Below, piece by piece: positions 1 through 14,416 of a DNA stretch of 64,000 bases (position 1 is the stretch's first letter; the number at the start of each line of letters is the position of its first letter). Made by a program: the position numbers and the translations under genes. The stretch is from an uncultured Actinomycetota bacterium (GTDB taxonomy: Bacteria > Actinomycetota > Actinomycetes > CAVWCF01), in NCBI GenBank assembly GCA_963818455.1, contig CAWFSE010000001.1, forward strand, positions 176,729 through 240,728, written 5' to 3'. The notes under the pieces were generated by a model that was not told the DNA's origin, did no database searches, and worked only from the letters and a program-made list of their open reading frames with translations.

Positions 1-1701
1 CGTCTCGCCGGTCTGGTTGTAGAAGCGACACGTTGCCGCCGGTGACCGGGATGCCGAGCTCCATGGCAGCCGTCGGCCAGCCCGCGGACCGCCTCGGCGA
101 ACTGCCACATGACGCCCGGGTCCTCGGGCGAGCCGAAGTTCAGGCAGTCGGTGACCGCGAGCGGCCGCGCGCCGGTGGCCGCGACGTTGCGGTACGCCTC
201 GGCCAGCGCGAGCTGCGCGCCCGTCGTACGGGTCGAGCATGCAGAAGCGGCCGTTGCCGTCGGTGGCGATCGCGACGCCGAGGCCGGACGTCCTCGTCGA
301 TGCGGATCATCCCGGCGTCCTCGGGCTGCGGCGAGCACGGTGTTGCCCTGCACGTAGCGGTCGTACTGCGTCGGTGACCCACGCCTTGTCGGCGAGGTTC
401 GGCGAGGACGCCAGCGCGCAGCACCGCGGCGCGCAGCTCGTCGCCGCGTCGACGGGCGCGCGAGCGCCGACGACGAGTCGGCCTGCAGCGCGTCCTGGCC
501 GGCCGGGCGCTCGTACGGGCCGGTCGTAGACCGGGCCGTCGTGGGCCACCGACCGCGGCGGCACGTCGACGACGAGCTCGCCGTGCCAGCTCGATCCAGC
601 AGCCGGCCGCCGTCGGCGACCTCGCCGATCACGGTGGCGGTGACGTCCCACTTCTCGCAGATCGCCAGGAACGCGTCGAGCTTGGCGGGCGTCGACGACC
701 GCGCACATCCGCTCCTGCGACTCGCTCATCAGGATCTCCTCCGGCGCACAGCGACGCGTCGCGCAGCGGCACCCGGTCGAGCCAGACGCCGCATGCCGCC
801 GTCGCCGGCGCTGGCCAGCTCGGAGGTCGCGCAGGACAGCCCGGCGCCGCCGAGGTCCTGGATGCCCACGACCAGGTCGCCGTCGAAGAGCTCCAGGCGA
901 GCACTCGATGAGCAGCTTCTCCATGAACGGGTCGCCGACCTGCACGCTGGGCCGCTTGGCCGGTGCCGTCGGCGTCGAACGTCTCCGACGCGAGCACCGA
1001 GACGCCGCCGATGCCGTCGCCGCCGGTGCGGCGCGCCGTAGAGGACGACCAGGTTGCCGACGCCGCTGGCGTGGGCGAGCTTGATCCGGTCGTGCGCGCA
1101 CGACGCCGACGCACAGGGCGTTGACCAGCGGGTTGCCGAGGTAGCGGCGCGTCGAAGACGACCTCGCCGCCGATGTTCGGCAGGCCGAGGCAGTTGCCGT
1201 AGCCGCCGATGCCGCGCGACCACGCCGGGCAGCACCCGGCGGGTGTCGGGGGCGTCGAGCGGGCCGAAGCGCAGCGGGTCCATCACGGCGACCGGCCGCG
1301 CGCCCATCGACAGGATGTCGCGGACGATGCCGCCGACGCCGGTCGCCGCGCCCTGGTACGGCTCGACGTAGGACGGGTGGTTGTGCGACTCGACCTTGAA
1401 GGTGACCGCCCAGCCCTGCCCGACGTCGACGACGCCGGCGTTCTCGCCGATGCCGACGAGCAGCGTGCCCGCGGTGGACGCCGGGATCTTCTCGCCGAAC
1501 TGCCGCAGGTGGACCTTGCTGCTCTTGTACGAGCAGTGCTCGCTCCACATCACCGAGTACATCGCCAGCTCGCACGACGGTGGGCCGGCGGCCGAGGATC
1601 TCGCGGATGCGCGCGTACTCGTCGTCCTTCAGCCCGAGCTCGGCCCACGGCTGCTCGACGTCGGGCGTCGCCTCGGCGCGGGCGACGGTGTCGGCGGTCA
1701 T
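1..1701 (-). CDS. purL: Phosphoribosylformylglycinamidine synthase subunit PurL. 5' part only; continues beyond window start. Frame-disrupted.
   Basis: N-terminus [31 protein letters not shown].. then [19 protein letters not shown] (the ORF 729..1562 fragment) is the conserved PurL N-terminal region. ATG at 1701 overlaps the purQ stop (ATGA). Several frame changes downstream. Confidence 0.85.
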
Positions 1702-2396
1702 GCCGCCGCCCCCGCCAGCGAGCGCAGCACGGAGGTGAAGAAGCCGAGGCCGTCGGTGGTCGGCCCGGTGAGCGGCTCGACGGCGTGCTCGGGGTGCGGC
1801 ATCAGGCCGACGACGTTGCCGCGCTCGTTGCGGATGCCGGCGATGTCGCGGTACGAGCCGTTGGGGTTGCACGTCGAGGTAGCGCGCGACCACGCAGGCC
1901 CTCGCCCTCGAGCCGGTCCAGGGTCGCGCTCGTCGGCGACGTAGCCGCCCTCGCCGTTCTTCAGCGGGACGGTGATCTCCTCGCCGTCGGCGTAGTCGCC
2001 CGTCCACGCGGTCGACGGTCGACTCGATGCGCAGCCGCTGGTCGCGGCAGACGAAGTGCAGCGACTCGTTGCGGGTCAGCGCGCCGGGCAGCAGGTGCGA
2101 CTCGCAGAGCATCTGGAAGCCGTTGCAGATGCCGAGCACGGGCAGCCCGCCGCGGGCGGCGTCGGCGATCGTCGGCCATGACCGGCGAGAAGCGGGCGAT
2201 GGCGCCGCAGCGCAGGTAGTCGCCGTAGGAGAAGCCGCCGGGCAGGACGACGGCGTCGACCGCGCGCAGGTCGTGGTCGCGGTGCCACAGCGCGACCGGC
2301 TCGCCGCCGGCCAGCCGCGACGGCCCGGGCGGCGTCGCGGTCGTCGAGCGTGCCGGGGAAGGTGACCACCCCGACCCGGAAGGCCGCCTCGCTCAC
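1698..2396 (-). CDS. purQ: Phosphoribosylformylglycinamidine synthase glutaminase subunit PurQ. Frame-disrupted.
   Basis: [26 protein letters not shown] at the N-terminus, the catalytic [31 protein letters not shown] motif, and a C-terminus ..[20 protein letters not shown] reconstructed in a third frame. Start overlaps purS stop; stop overlaps purL start. Confidence 0.85.
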
Positions 2397-2647
2397 GCCT
2401 CGACCCGCACGGTGAAGTCCTCGATCACGGTGTTGGCGAGCAGCGTCTCGGCCAGGCGGCGCACCTCGGCCTCCAGCGCCTGCGGGTCGTCGGCCAGCGC
2501 GTCGCTGACGGTGACCTCGAAGCGCTTGCCGGCGCGCACGTCGTCGACCCCGGCGAAGCCGAGCCTCCCGAGCGCCTTGTGGATCGCCTGCCCCTGGGGG
2601 TCGAGGATCTCCGGCTTGAGCATGACGTCGACGACGACGCGGGCCAC
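2393..2647 (-). CDS. purS: Phosphoribosylformylglycinamidine synthase subunit PurS.
   Basis: [36 protein letters not shown].. is the PurS fold. Likely GTG start at 2647; the ORF-track ATG at 2707 is probably too long. Intact frame. Confidence 0.85.
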   Translation of the reverse strand: MARVVVDVMLKPEILDPQGQAIHKALGRLGFAGVDDVRAGKRFEVTVSDALADDPQALEAEVRRLAETLLANTVIEDFTVRVEA

Positions 2648-2770
2648 TCGCGCTCCCAGGTTCGGCTCTCGCTCCGACTTGTCAGCGAATGCGGAGGCCA
2701 TGGCCACCGGGTCTCTGACAACTCGGGAGGGGGACGGGGCGAGTCTACGGGCCCGCCGTCGGCCTGCTCG

Positions 2771-3732
2771 TCAGCCTGGACCGGCGGCCAGCGCGGAGGC
2801 CACCATGGCGTCGAGGTCGAGGCGGGCCCGCCAGCCCAGGTCGCGGGCCGCGGCCTCGGCCGAGGCGACGATCCGGGCCGGGTCGCCCGGCCGCCGGGGG
2901 CCCACGACGTGCGGGAAGTCGCGGCCCAGCGCCCGGCGGAACGCGTCCAGGATCGCCAGCACGCTGGAGCCCTCGCCGACCCCGAGGTTGTAGACGTCGC
3001 CGATCGGCCGGCCCGCCTCGAGCGCGTCGACGGCCGCCACGTGCGCCTCGGCGATGTCGACCACGTGGACGTAGTCGCGCACGCAGGAGCCGTCCGGCGT
3101 CGGGTAGTCGCCGCCGTGCACCACCGGGCGCCTCGCCCGCGGCCAGGGCGCGCAGCACGAGCGGGAACAGGTTGTGCGGGCTGGCGTCGTAGAGCCCGTC
3201 GCCGCCGGAGCCCACCACGTTGAAGTACCGCAGCGACACCTGCCGCAGGCCGTGCGCGCGGGCCACGTCGCGCAGCAGCCACTCGCCGGCCAGCTTGGTC
3301 TCGCCGTACGGGGACTCCGGCGCCGTCGGCGTCTGCTCGGTCACCTCCGCGTCGCGCGGGGTGCCGTAGACCGAGGCCGACGGACGAGAAGACGAACGAC
3401 GGCACGCCCTCCTCGACGACGACGCTGAGCAGCCGCTCCATGCCGGAGACGTTCTCGCGGTAGAAGCGCAGCGGCTCGCGCACGCTGACCCCGGCGTACT
3501 TCCAGCCGGCCAGGTGCACCACCCCGGTGACCGCGTGCTCGCGCACGGCGGCCCGGACGGCCTCGTCGTCCAGCACGCTGGCGCGCACGAGCGGCACGCC
3601 CTCGGGCACGAACGACGCGAACCCGGTCGACAGGTCGTCGAGGACGACGGCCTCGCGGCCGGACGCGCGCAGGGCCCGCACCACGTGCGCGCCGATGTAG
3701 CCGGCCCCGCCGGTGACGAGCCAGGTGCTCAC
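2771..3732 (-). CDS. galE: UDP-glucose 4-epimerase-like NAD-dependent epimerase/dehydratase. Frame-disrupted.
   Basis: N-terminal Rossmann motif [17 protein letters not shown]. Catalytic YxxxK in [14 protein letters not shown]-terminal [20 protein letters not shown] is typical of GalE. GTG start at 3732 overlaps the purC stop (GTGA). At least two frame changes. Confidence 0.75.
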
Positions 3733-4623
3733 GCGAACGCCTCGCCGGTGATCCGCTCGTAGGCCTCGATGTACTTGGCCCGCGTCGCCTCGACGACGTC
3801 GGCGGGCAGCGGCGGCGGCGCCTCGCCGGAGTGCCGGTCCCAGCCGCTGGCCGGCGAGGTCAGCCAGTCGCGCACGTACTGCTTGTCGTACGAGGGCTGC
3901 GCGCGCCCCGGCTGCCACCGGTCCAGCGGCCAGAACCGCGAGGAGTCGGGGGTGAGCACCTCGTCGGCCAGCACGATCGTGCCGTCGGCGCGGCGGCCGA
4001 ACTCGAGCTTGGTGTCGGCCAGCACGATGCCGCGCCCGCGGGCGATCGCCTCGCCGCGCGGCGTAGACCGCCAGGGTGAGCCGGCGCAGCTCGGCGGCCG
4101 TCTCGGCGCCGACCGCGGCCTCGACGTGGGCGAAGTCGACGTTCTCGTCGTGCTCGCCGAGCTCGGCCTTCGTGGCGGGGGTGAAGATCGGCTCGGGCAG
4201 CCGCGAGCCGTCGACCAGCCCGGGCGGCAGCGGGCACCCCGCAGACCGCGCCGCCCGCCTCGTACTCCGCCAGGCCGGACCCGGTCAGGTAGCCGCGCGC
4301 CACGCACTCGACGGGGAACATCTCCAGCCGCTCGCAGACCATCGCGCGCCCGGCGAACTCGGCCGGCACGTCGTTCGAGAGCACGTGGTTCGGGCACGAC
4401 GTCGGCGAGCCGCTCGAACCACCACCGCGACAGCGCGGTGAGCACGCGGCCCTTGTCCGGGATCGGGGTCGGCAGCACCCAGTCGTAGGCCGAGATCCGG
4501 TCGCTCGCGACGAACGAGCAGCCGGCCGTCGGGCATGCGCGTAGAGGTCGCGGACCTTGCCGGAGTAGACGTGCTGGAGGCCCTCGGTCACGGCGGCCAC
4601 GGCTACCGACGCGGCGCCGGGCA
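3729..4623 (-). CDS. purC: Phosphoribosylaminoimidazole-succinocarboxamide synthase (SAICAR synthetase). Frame-disrupted.
   Basis: [29 protein letters not shown]-terminus. Central ..[22 protein letters not shown]... C-terminus ..[44 protein letters not shown]. Confidence 0.85.
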
Positions 4624-4631
4624 TCGAGCGG

Positions 4632-6076
4632 CTTACAGGATCGCGCCCGGGCTGTAGACGGCGGCGTCGGGGTGGCGCGGCCGCGACCTCCTCGACGCGC
4701 TCGACGACGCGGCGCACCTGGGCGACGGCCGCGCCGGTGAACGACAGCGGCTCGCCCATCACGGCGAGCGATCTCGTCGCGGCGTCAGCCCGAGGCGCGG
4801 GTCGGCGGCCAGCCGCTCGAGCAGGTCGTTGCTCGGCGTGGCCGTCCTCGCGCATCGCCAGCGCGACGGCGACCGCGTGCTCCTTGATCGCCTCGTGCGC
4901 GGTCTCGCGGCCGACCCCGGCGCGCACCGCCGCCATCAGCACCTTGGTGGTGGCGAGGAACGGCAGGTAGCGGTCGAGCTCGCGCTGCGATCGACCGCCG
5001 GGAAGGCGCCGAACTCGTCGAGCACGGTGAGGAACGTCTCGAACAGCCCGTCGATGGCGAAGAACGCGTCCGGGCAGCGCGACCCGGCGCACCACCGAGC
5101 AGGAGACGTCGCCCTCGTTCCACTGGTCGCCGGCCAGCTCGCCGACCATCGAGAGGTAGCCGCGCAGGATCACCGCGAAGCCGTTGACCCGCTCGCAGGA
5201 GCGGGTGTTCATCTTGTGCGGCATCGCGCTGGAGCCGACCTGGCCCGGCCTGGAAGCCCTCGGTGACGAGCTCGTGCCCGGCCATCAGCCGGATCGTGGT
5301 GGCCAGGCTGGACGGCGCCGCGGCGATCTGCACCAGCGCGCGAGACCACGTCGAAGTCGAGCGAGCGCGGGTAGACCTGGCCGACGCTGGTCGAGCACCC
5401 GGTCGAAGCCGAGGTGGTCGGCGACCCGCTGCTCGAGCTCGGCCAGCCGGTCGGCGTCGCCGTCGAGCAGGTCGAGCATGTCCTGGGCGGTGCCGACCGG
5501 GCCCTTGATGCCGCGCAGCGGGTAGCGCGCGAGCAGGTCCTCGAGCCGCGCGTACGCGACCAGCAGCTCGTCGGCGGCCGTCGCGAAGCGCTTGCCGAGC
5601 GTGGTCGCCTGGGCGGCGACGTTGTGCGAGCGGCCGGTCATCACCAGGTCGGCGTGCTCGGCGGCCAGCCGCGCGAGCCGGGCGAGCACCGCGACGACCT
5701 TGTCGCGCACGAGCTCCAGCGACGCCGCGCACCTGCAGCTGCTCGACGTTCTCGGTGAGGTCGCGGGAGGTCATGCCCTTGTGGATCTGCTCGTGCCCGG
5801 CGAGCGCGTTGAACTCCTCGATCCGCGCCTTCACGTCGTGGCGGGTGACCCGCTCGCGGGCGGCGATCGAGGCCAGGTCGACCTGGTCGACGCACCGCGG
5901 CGTACGCCTCGACGGCGCCGTCCGGAACGTCGACGCCGAGGTCGCGCTGCGCCTCGAGCACCGCGAGCCACAGCCGCCGCTCGAGCACGCACCTTGTGCT
6001 CGGGCGACCACAGCAGCGCCATCGGCGCGGAGGCGTAGCGGGTGGCCAGGACGTCGGGGATCGCGGGCTTGCTCAC
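4632..6076 (-). CDS. purB: Adenylosuccinate lyase. Frame-disrupted.
   Basis: N-terminus [29 protein letters not shown]. Then [46 protein letters not shown]. Then [20 protein letters not shown]... C-terminus [36 protein letters not shown]. Pieces lie in three frames. Confidence 0.85.
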
Positions 6077-6109
6077 GGACGCGATTGTCTCAGCCCGAGC
6101 GGGCTCGCG

Positions 6110-7389
<1,280 letters not shown>

Positions 7390-7460
7390 GGCTAGTCGGC
7401 GCCCGGGCCTCCGGGCGCGGCCCGGCAGGGGGCGTCACCGCGCGCGAGGTCGGGCGGCGG

Positions 7461-8816
7461 TCAGCCGGTGTAGTGCTGGTCGACCACGGCGAAGACCTCG
7501 TCGAGGATCGCCAGGCCCTCCTTGGCCTCCGCCTCGGTGACCGTGCACGGCGGCACGACGTGCAGCCGGTTGAAGTTCGCGAACGGCAGCAGGCCGCGGG
7601 CCTTGCACTCGGCCTGCAGCACGCCCATCGCCGCCGACGTGCCGCCGTACGGCGCCAGCGGCTCGCGGGTCGCGCGGTCGCTGACCAGGTCGAGCGCCCA
7701 GAAGACGCCGAGCCCGCGCACCTCGCCGATCACCGGGTGCCGCTCGGCCAGGGCGCGCAGGCCGGGGCCGAGGACGTCCGCGCCGATCCGCTTGGCGTTG
7801 TCGACGATGCCCTCCTCCTTCATCGCGTCGATGGACGCCACGATCGAGGCGGCGGCCAGCGGGTGGCCGGAGTAGGTGAGGCCGCCGGGGAAGACCCGCT
7901 GGTCGAACGTCGCGGCGATCTCGTCGCTGATGACGACGCCGCCGACCGGGACGTAGCCGGAGTTCGAGCCCTTGGCGAACGTGATGAGGTCGGGCCGCAC
8001 GCCCCAGTGGTCGAACGCCCACCACTCGCCGGTGCGGCCGAAGCCGGCCATCACCTCGTCGAGGATCAGCACGATGCCGTACTTCGTCGCGCAGCTCGCG
8101 CACGCCGGCCAGGTAGCCGGGCGGCGGGATCAGCACGCCGGCGGTGCCCACGACGGTCTCGATCAGGATCGCGGCGATCGTGGCCGGGCCCTCGAAGGCG
8201 ATGACCTGCTCGAGGTGCTCGAGCGCGCGCTCGCGACTCCTGCTCCTCGGTCTCGGCCCAGAACGACGAGCGGTAGGCGTACGGCCCGAAGAAGTGCACG
8301 TGGCCGTAGTTGCCGTTCTCGTTCGGCCAGCGCCGCGGGTCGCCGGTCGCGGTGATCGCCGTCGACGGTGTTGCCGTGGTACGAGCGGTAGAAGCTCAGC
8401 ACCTTGTGGCGGCCGGTGTGCAGGCGCGCCATCCGCACGGCGTTCTCGTTGGCGTCGGCGCCGCCGTTGGTGAAGAAGACCTTGTTCAGGTCGGCCGGCG
8501 ACAGCTCGGCGATCCGGCGCGCGGCCTCGCCGCGCATGTCGTTGGCGTGCTGCGGGGCGATCGTCGCCAGGCGCCCGGCCTGCTCCTGGATCGCGGCGAC
8601 GACCTTGGGGTGCTGGTGGCCGATGTTGACGTTGACCAGCTGGCTGGAGAAGTCCAGGAAGCGGTTGCCGTCGTAGTCCCAGACGTACGAGCCCTCGCCG
8701 CCGGCGATCACCATCGGGCTCAGCGGGCCCTGGGCGCTCCAGGAGTGGAAGACGTGGGCGCGGTCGAGGGCGAAGACCTCGGCGCCGCGGGCGGGGTCGG
8801 GCTGGATCTGGGTCAT
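7461..8816 (-). CDS. Class-III (omega/acetylornithine-type) PLP-dependent aminotransferase. Frame-disrupted.
   Basis: N-terminal half [57 protein letters not shown]-terminal half [48 protein letters not shown]. These are class-III aminotransferase signatures. Confidence 0.75.
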
Positions 8817-8908
8817 GGACACGCAGGGTACGGAGCGGGCGGGCCCGAGGGCCACCCGCAGGCTGTCAGGCCCGAGCCGTGAGGCGGCGACAGGCTGTCA
8901 GGCGCGCG

Positions 8909-10279
<1,371 letters not shown>

Positions 10280-10281
10280 CT

Positions 10282-11268
10282 ACCGGGTGAGCCGCGCGGC
10301 GAGCGCCTCGCCGAGGGCCAGCCCGGACAGGTACGCCGCCTCGACCCGGCTCGGGCCGTGCCAGCCGTCGCCGGCGCAGCCCGATGCCGGCCGCGCCCAG
10401 GTGGAACGGCTCGTCCCGGCTGGCCAGCGGCTTGGCGAGCGACCAGCGGCGGACGTCCCAGGCGTCCGGGGCCGCGGCGATCCCCAGGGCGGCGCGCAGC
10501 TCGGCGAGCATCACCGGGCCCGCGCCGCAGCGGGTCGTCGAGGTGCGCGGCGGCCAGCACCGGGTCGGAGTGGGCGACGAGCACCGGCGCGCCGTCACCG
10601 CGGCGGCGGCCGTCGTCGGCCACGAAGGTCAGCACCGGCGACTCGTTGACGAAGGCGCCGTCCAGGGCCGGCCAGGCCCTGGTGGGCCAGTGCGCCACGA
10701 GGGCGAGGGCCGGCTCCCAGGTGCGGTCGGCGGCGGCGCGCTCGTCGGCGAGGTGGTCCGGCAGCAGGTCGAGCGCCTGCGGCCCCGGCATGCACAGGGC
10801 GACCGCGGCGGCCTCGCGCGCCGTCGACGCGCAAGACGCCGGTCGCCGGGTCGTGCTCGACCACGTCGACCTCGGACGGGGTACTCCGGGGCGAGCCGTC
10901 GCGGCCAGGTCCTCGACCAGGCTGCGCAGGCCGGCGGGCGCGGCGTACCGCATCGGTCCGGTCCGGGTGCCCTGCAGCCCCTCCGGCGTCGGCCACGTGG
11001 AAGGTGTCGGTCCACGGCCGGGCCAGCCCGCGCTCCACCCAGTCGGCGACGACGGCCTGGAACCGGGGGTCCCGCGCGGTGACGTACGACGCGCCGGTGT
11101 CGACCGGGCGCTCGGCGTACCGGCGGCTGGCCATCCGCCCGCCGATGCGGCGCCCTCGGTCGATGAGCCGCACGTCGAGGCCGGCGTCGGCCAGGGCGCC
11201 GGCGCACGCGACCCCGGCGATGCCGGCGCCCACGACGACCGCGGGGGCGCCGCCTCCTGCGGTCACCG
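10282..11268 (-). CDS. FAD/NAD(P)-binding oxidoreductase (renalase/amine-oxidase-like). Frame-disrupted.
   Basis: Dinucleotide-binding motif PAVVVGAGIAGVACAGALADAGLDVRLIDRGRRIGGRMAS followed by ..VDTGASYVTARDPRFQAVVADWVERGLARPW. The 3' end is poorly resolved. Confidence 0.5.
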
Positions 11269-11289
11269 GCCGCCCGCGCCCTCGGCGGC

Positions 11290-11709
11290 GAGCACCTCGG
11301 CCGCCTCGGGATCGCTGTCGCGCAGGAACGTGGCGCAGCGCTCGGCCTCGTCGGCCTCGCCGATCCGGTCGGCGGCCACGCGCCAGGGCGTTCAGCGCGC
11401 GCAGGAAGCCGCGGTTGGGCGCGTGCTGCCAGGGCACCGGCCCGTGCCCCTTCCACCCGCTCGGCGCAGCGCGTCCAGCCCGCGGTGGTAGCCGGTGCGC
11501 GCGTACGCGTACGCCTCGAGGTCGCGGCCGCCGGCGAGCGCCTCCTCGGCCAGGGCCGCCCAGGCGGCGCTGCTCGTGGGGTAGGCGCGCGCGGCCTCGG
11601 CGGCGGGTCTCGCCCGCGGTCGAGCGCGGCGGCCCCGGGCTCGTCGGGGAGCAGGGTGGGCGGCGGTCCGCCCAGCAGGTCGCGGTGGCTGTGGCTAGGG
11701 GGCTGGGTC
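11290..11709 (-). CDS. Small conserved hypothetical protein, possibly DUF3151-like, downstream of fbaA. Frame-disrupted.
   Basis: Reconstructed across frames: VTQPPSHSHRDLLGGPPPTLLPDEPG..EEALAGGRDLEAYAYARTGYHRGLDALRRAGW..PWQHAPNRGFLRALNALA... High-GC third-position codon usage. The family assignment is from memory only. Confidence 0.3.
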
Positions 11710-11852
11710 ACCCGCCCATCCTGCCCGGCCGGGCCCGGTCGTGCCTGCGGGCGGCGCCTCACCCGCCCAAACGCGCGCTTCCCCGGCGTTGTGGCGCCGG
11801 GGAAGCACGCGTACGACCGGGGAGGCAGCGCCCCGGCGCGCAAAGCCCGCGC

Positions 11853-12881
11853 TACTTGATCTTGGTGCCGGCCGAGCGCAGGTCCTCGCAGGCGCGCGAC
11901 GACGCGGGCGGCCATGCCGGCCTCGGCGGCCTTGCCCCAGGCGCGCGGGTCGTACATCTTCTTGTTGCCGACCTCGCCGTCGACCTTCAGCACGCCGTCG
12001 TAGTTGCTGAACATGTGGTCGGCGACCGGGCGGGTGAAGGCGTACTGGGTGTCGGTGTCGACGTTCATCTTGACGACGCCGTAGTCGAGGGCCTCGCGGA
12101 TCTCCTCGAGCAGCGAGCCGGAGCCGCCGTGGAAGACCAGGTCGAACGGCTTGTCCTTGCCGTACTTCGCGCCGACCGCGTCCTGGATGTCCTTGAGGAT
12201 CGACGGGCGTGAGCATGACGTTGCCCGGCTTGTAGACGCCGTGCACGTTGCCGAAGGTCGCGGCGACCATGTAGCGGCCGCGCTCGCCGAGGCCGAGCGC
12301 CTCGGCGGTGGCCAGGCCGTCCTCGGGCGTGGTGTAGAGCTTGTCGTCGTGCTTGGCCTCGACGCCGTCCTCCTCGCCGCCGACGACGCCGATCTCGACC
12401 TCCAGGATGATGTTGCGCCGCGGCGCACTTGTCGAGCAGCTCGTCGGCGATGTCGAGGTTCTCGCCGAGCGGCGACGGCCGAGCCGTCCCACATGTGCGA
12501 CTGGAAGAGCGGCTGCTCGCCGCGGGCCACCCGCTCGGCGCTGAGGTCGATGCAGCGGCCGCATGAAGCCGTCGAGCTTGTCCTTGGGGCAGTGGTCGGT
12601 GTGCAGCGCGATGTTGCACGTCGTACTTCGCGGCCACGACGTGCGCGAACTCGGCGAGCGCGACCGCGCCGGTGACCATGTCCTTGACCAGCTGGCCGGA
12701 GGCGAACTCCGCGCCGCCCGTCGAGACCTGGACGATGCCGTCGCTCTCGGCCTCGGCGAAGCCGCGGAGCGCGGCGTTGAGGGTCTGCGAGGAGGTGCAC
12801 GTTGATCGCGGGGTACGCGAAGGCGCCGGCCTTGGCGCGGTCGAGCATCTCGGCGTAGATCTCAGGGGTGGCGATGGGCAT
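11853..12881 (-). CDS. fbaA: Class II fructose-1,6-bisphosphate aldolase. Frame-disrupted several times.
   Basis: MPIATPEIYAEMLDRAKAGAFAYPAINV N-terminus. ..NAALRGFAEAESDGIVQVSTGGAEF.. IILEVEIGVVGGEEDGV..YTTPED.. C-terminus KMNVDTDTQYAFTRPVADHMFSNYDGVLKVDGEVGNKKMYDPRAW. Stop TAG at about 11853. Confidence 0.9.
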
Positions 12882-12964
12882 TGCTGGGTCAGCTCCTCGA
12901 GCGGGGCGAATCGGGTCGATCCCATCCTGGCAGAGCCCGACAGGACGATCCCAGGGGACGAAGG

Positions 12965-13675
12965 TCAGGGGTGCCCGGCGTCGAGGTCGCCGTGCTGGCG
13001 GATCCAGGCGTGCATCGCGATGGCCGCCGCGGCGCCCGCGTTGATCGAGCGGGTCGAGCCGTACTGCGCGATCGACAGCGTCGCGGCGCAGGCCGCCCGC
13101 GCGTCGTCGGACAGCCCCGGGCCCTCCTGCCCGAAGACCAGCACGCAGGCGCGGGGCAGCTCGGCGGTCTCCAGCGGCACCGCGCCGGGCAGGTTGTCGA
13201 CGCCGAGCAGCGGCAGGCCCTGCTCGGCCGCCCACGCCGCGAGGTCGGCGGCCGTCGGGTGGTGGCGCACGTGCTGGTAGCGGTCGGTGACCATCGCGCC
13301 GCGCCGGTTCCAGCGCCGCCGCCCGACGATGTGCACCTCGGCGGCCAGGAACGCGTTGGCGGTGCGGACCACCGAGCCGATGTTGAGGTCGTGCGCCCAG
13401 TTCTCGATCGCGACGTGGAACGGGTGGCGGCGGGCGTCGAGGTCGGCGACGATCGCGTCGAGGCGTCCAGTAGCGGTAGCGGTCGACGACGTTGCGCCGG
13501 TCGCCCTCGGCCAGCAGCGCCCGGTCGTACCGCGGGTCGTCCGGCCACGCCTCGGGCCCGCCGGGCCACGGGCCGACGCCGACCTCGCGGCGCCGGGGCG
13601 CTCGACGCTGGCTGCGTCGTCCACGCCGCGAGCGTAGGCGCGACGGCGCGGACGGCCCGGCCCGGCTAGCCTCAT
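12965..13675 (-). CDS. TrmH/SpoU-family RNA 2'-O-methyltransferase. Frame-disrupted.
   Basis: C-terminal SPOUT domain HVAIENWAHDLNIGSVVRTANAFLAAEVHIVG...VLVFGQEGPGLSDDARAACAATLSIAQYGSTRSINAGAAAAIAMHAW. N-terminal third lies in another frame (..PWPGGPEAWPDDPRYDRALLAEGDRRNVVDRYRYWT). The upper half of ORF 12965..14044 is antisense to dedA and not part of this gene. Confidence 0.7.
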   Translation of the reverse strand: MRLAGPGRPRRRAYARGVDDAASVERPGAARSASARGPAGPRRGRTTRGTTGRCWPRATGATSSTATATGRLDAIVADLDARRHPFHVAIENWAHDLNIGSVVRTANAFLAAEVHIVGRRRWNRRGAMVTDRYQHVRHHPTAADLAAWAAEQGLPLLGVDNLPGAVPLETAELPRACVLVFGQEGPGLSDDARAACAATLSIAQYGSTRSINAGAAAAIAMHAWIRQHGDLDAGHP

Positions 13676-13678
13676 GGG

Positions 13679-14397
13679 GTGCCCCTCGCCTCCCTGGCCG
13701 CCTCCGCGCTGCCCGTCGCCCTGCCGGGCGCCGTGCCGGCGCTGCTGCCGGACTGGCTGTCGGCGCAGGGGCTGATCGACGCCTTCGGGGCGTACGCCTT
13801 CTGGGGCGTCGTGGCGGTGATCTTCGCCGAGACCGGCCTGCTGGTCGGCTTCTTCCTGCCGGGCGACTCGCTGCTGTTCCTCACCGGCCTGCTCGATCGG
13901 CACCGGCGTGATCGCCCAGCCAACATCTGGTTCGCCTGCGTCGTGCTCGTCGTGGCCGCGTTCGTCGGCAACCTGGTCGGCTACTGGATCGGCCGCAAGG
14001 CCGGCCCGCAGCGTCTTCAACCGGCCGAACTCCCGCTTCTTCAAGCAGATCTACGTCGACAAGACGCACGCCTTCTTCGAGAGGTACGGCGGGCGGGCGA
14101 TCATCCTGGCCCGCTTCGTGCCCATCGTGCGCACCTTCATCACGGTGATGGCCGGCGTGGCCAAGATGGACTTCCGCGCCTACGCGCTCTACTCCGGCAT
14201 CGGCGCGCGTGCTGTGGGGCGGCCTGGTGACCCTGTCCGGCTACTGGCTCGGCAACGTCCCGTTCGTCGCGGACAACATCGAGGTCATCCTGCTGGCCTT
14301 CGTCTTCGTGTCGGTGCTGCCGATCCTGTATCGAGTACGTGCCGGCACCGCCGCGGCGAGGGCCTCGGGCACGTCGTCGGAGGAGCCGGCCGCGTAG
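13679..14397 (+). CDS. dedA: DedA/SNARE-associated (VTT-domain) membrane protein. Frame-disrupted.
   Basis: Three adjacent same-strand fragments: MPLASLAASALP..FWGVVAVIFAETGLLVGFFLPGDSLLFLTGLL, then ..FFKQIYVDKTHAFFERYGGRAIILARFVPIVRTFITVMAGVAKMDFRAYALYSGIG, then ..LSGYWLGNVPFVADNIEVILLAFVFVSVLPIL. Confidence 0.75.
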
Positions 14398-14416
14398 CGG
14401 CGGGCTGCGAGCGCCG

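Noticed and set aside
10629-13235. 868-aa minus-strand ORF, and similar giant ORFs at 27651..30428 (925 aa), 5831..7438 (535 aa) and 8898..10598 (566 aa).
   Set aside because: They are frame-shifted read-throughs concatenating pieces of fbaA, the FAD oxidoreductase, dnaK, grpE, purD and purA with long spurious low-complexity stretches. The real genes were reconstructed piecewise from recognisable conserved segments.
13672-14044. Upper half of the minus-strand ORF 12965..14044 (MKKREFGRLKTLRAG...) as an N-terminal extension of the TrmH-family gene.
   Set aside because: It is antisense to the dedA gene body (13679..14397), which has much the better protein signal. The methyltransferase start is placed at about 13675.
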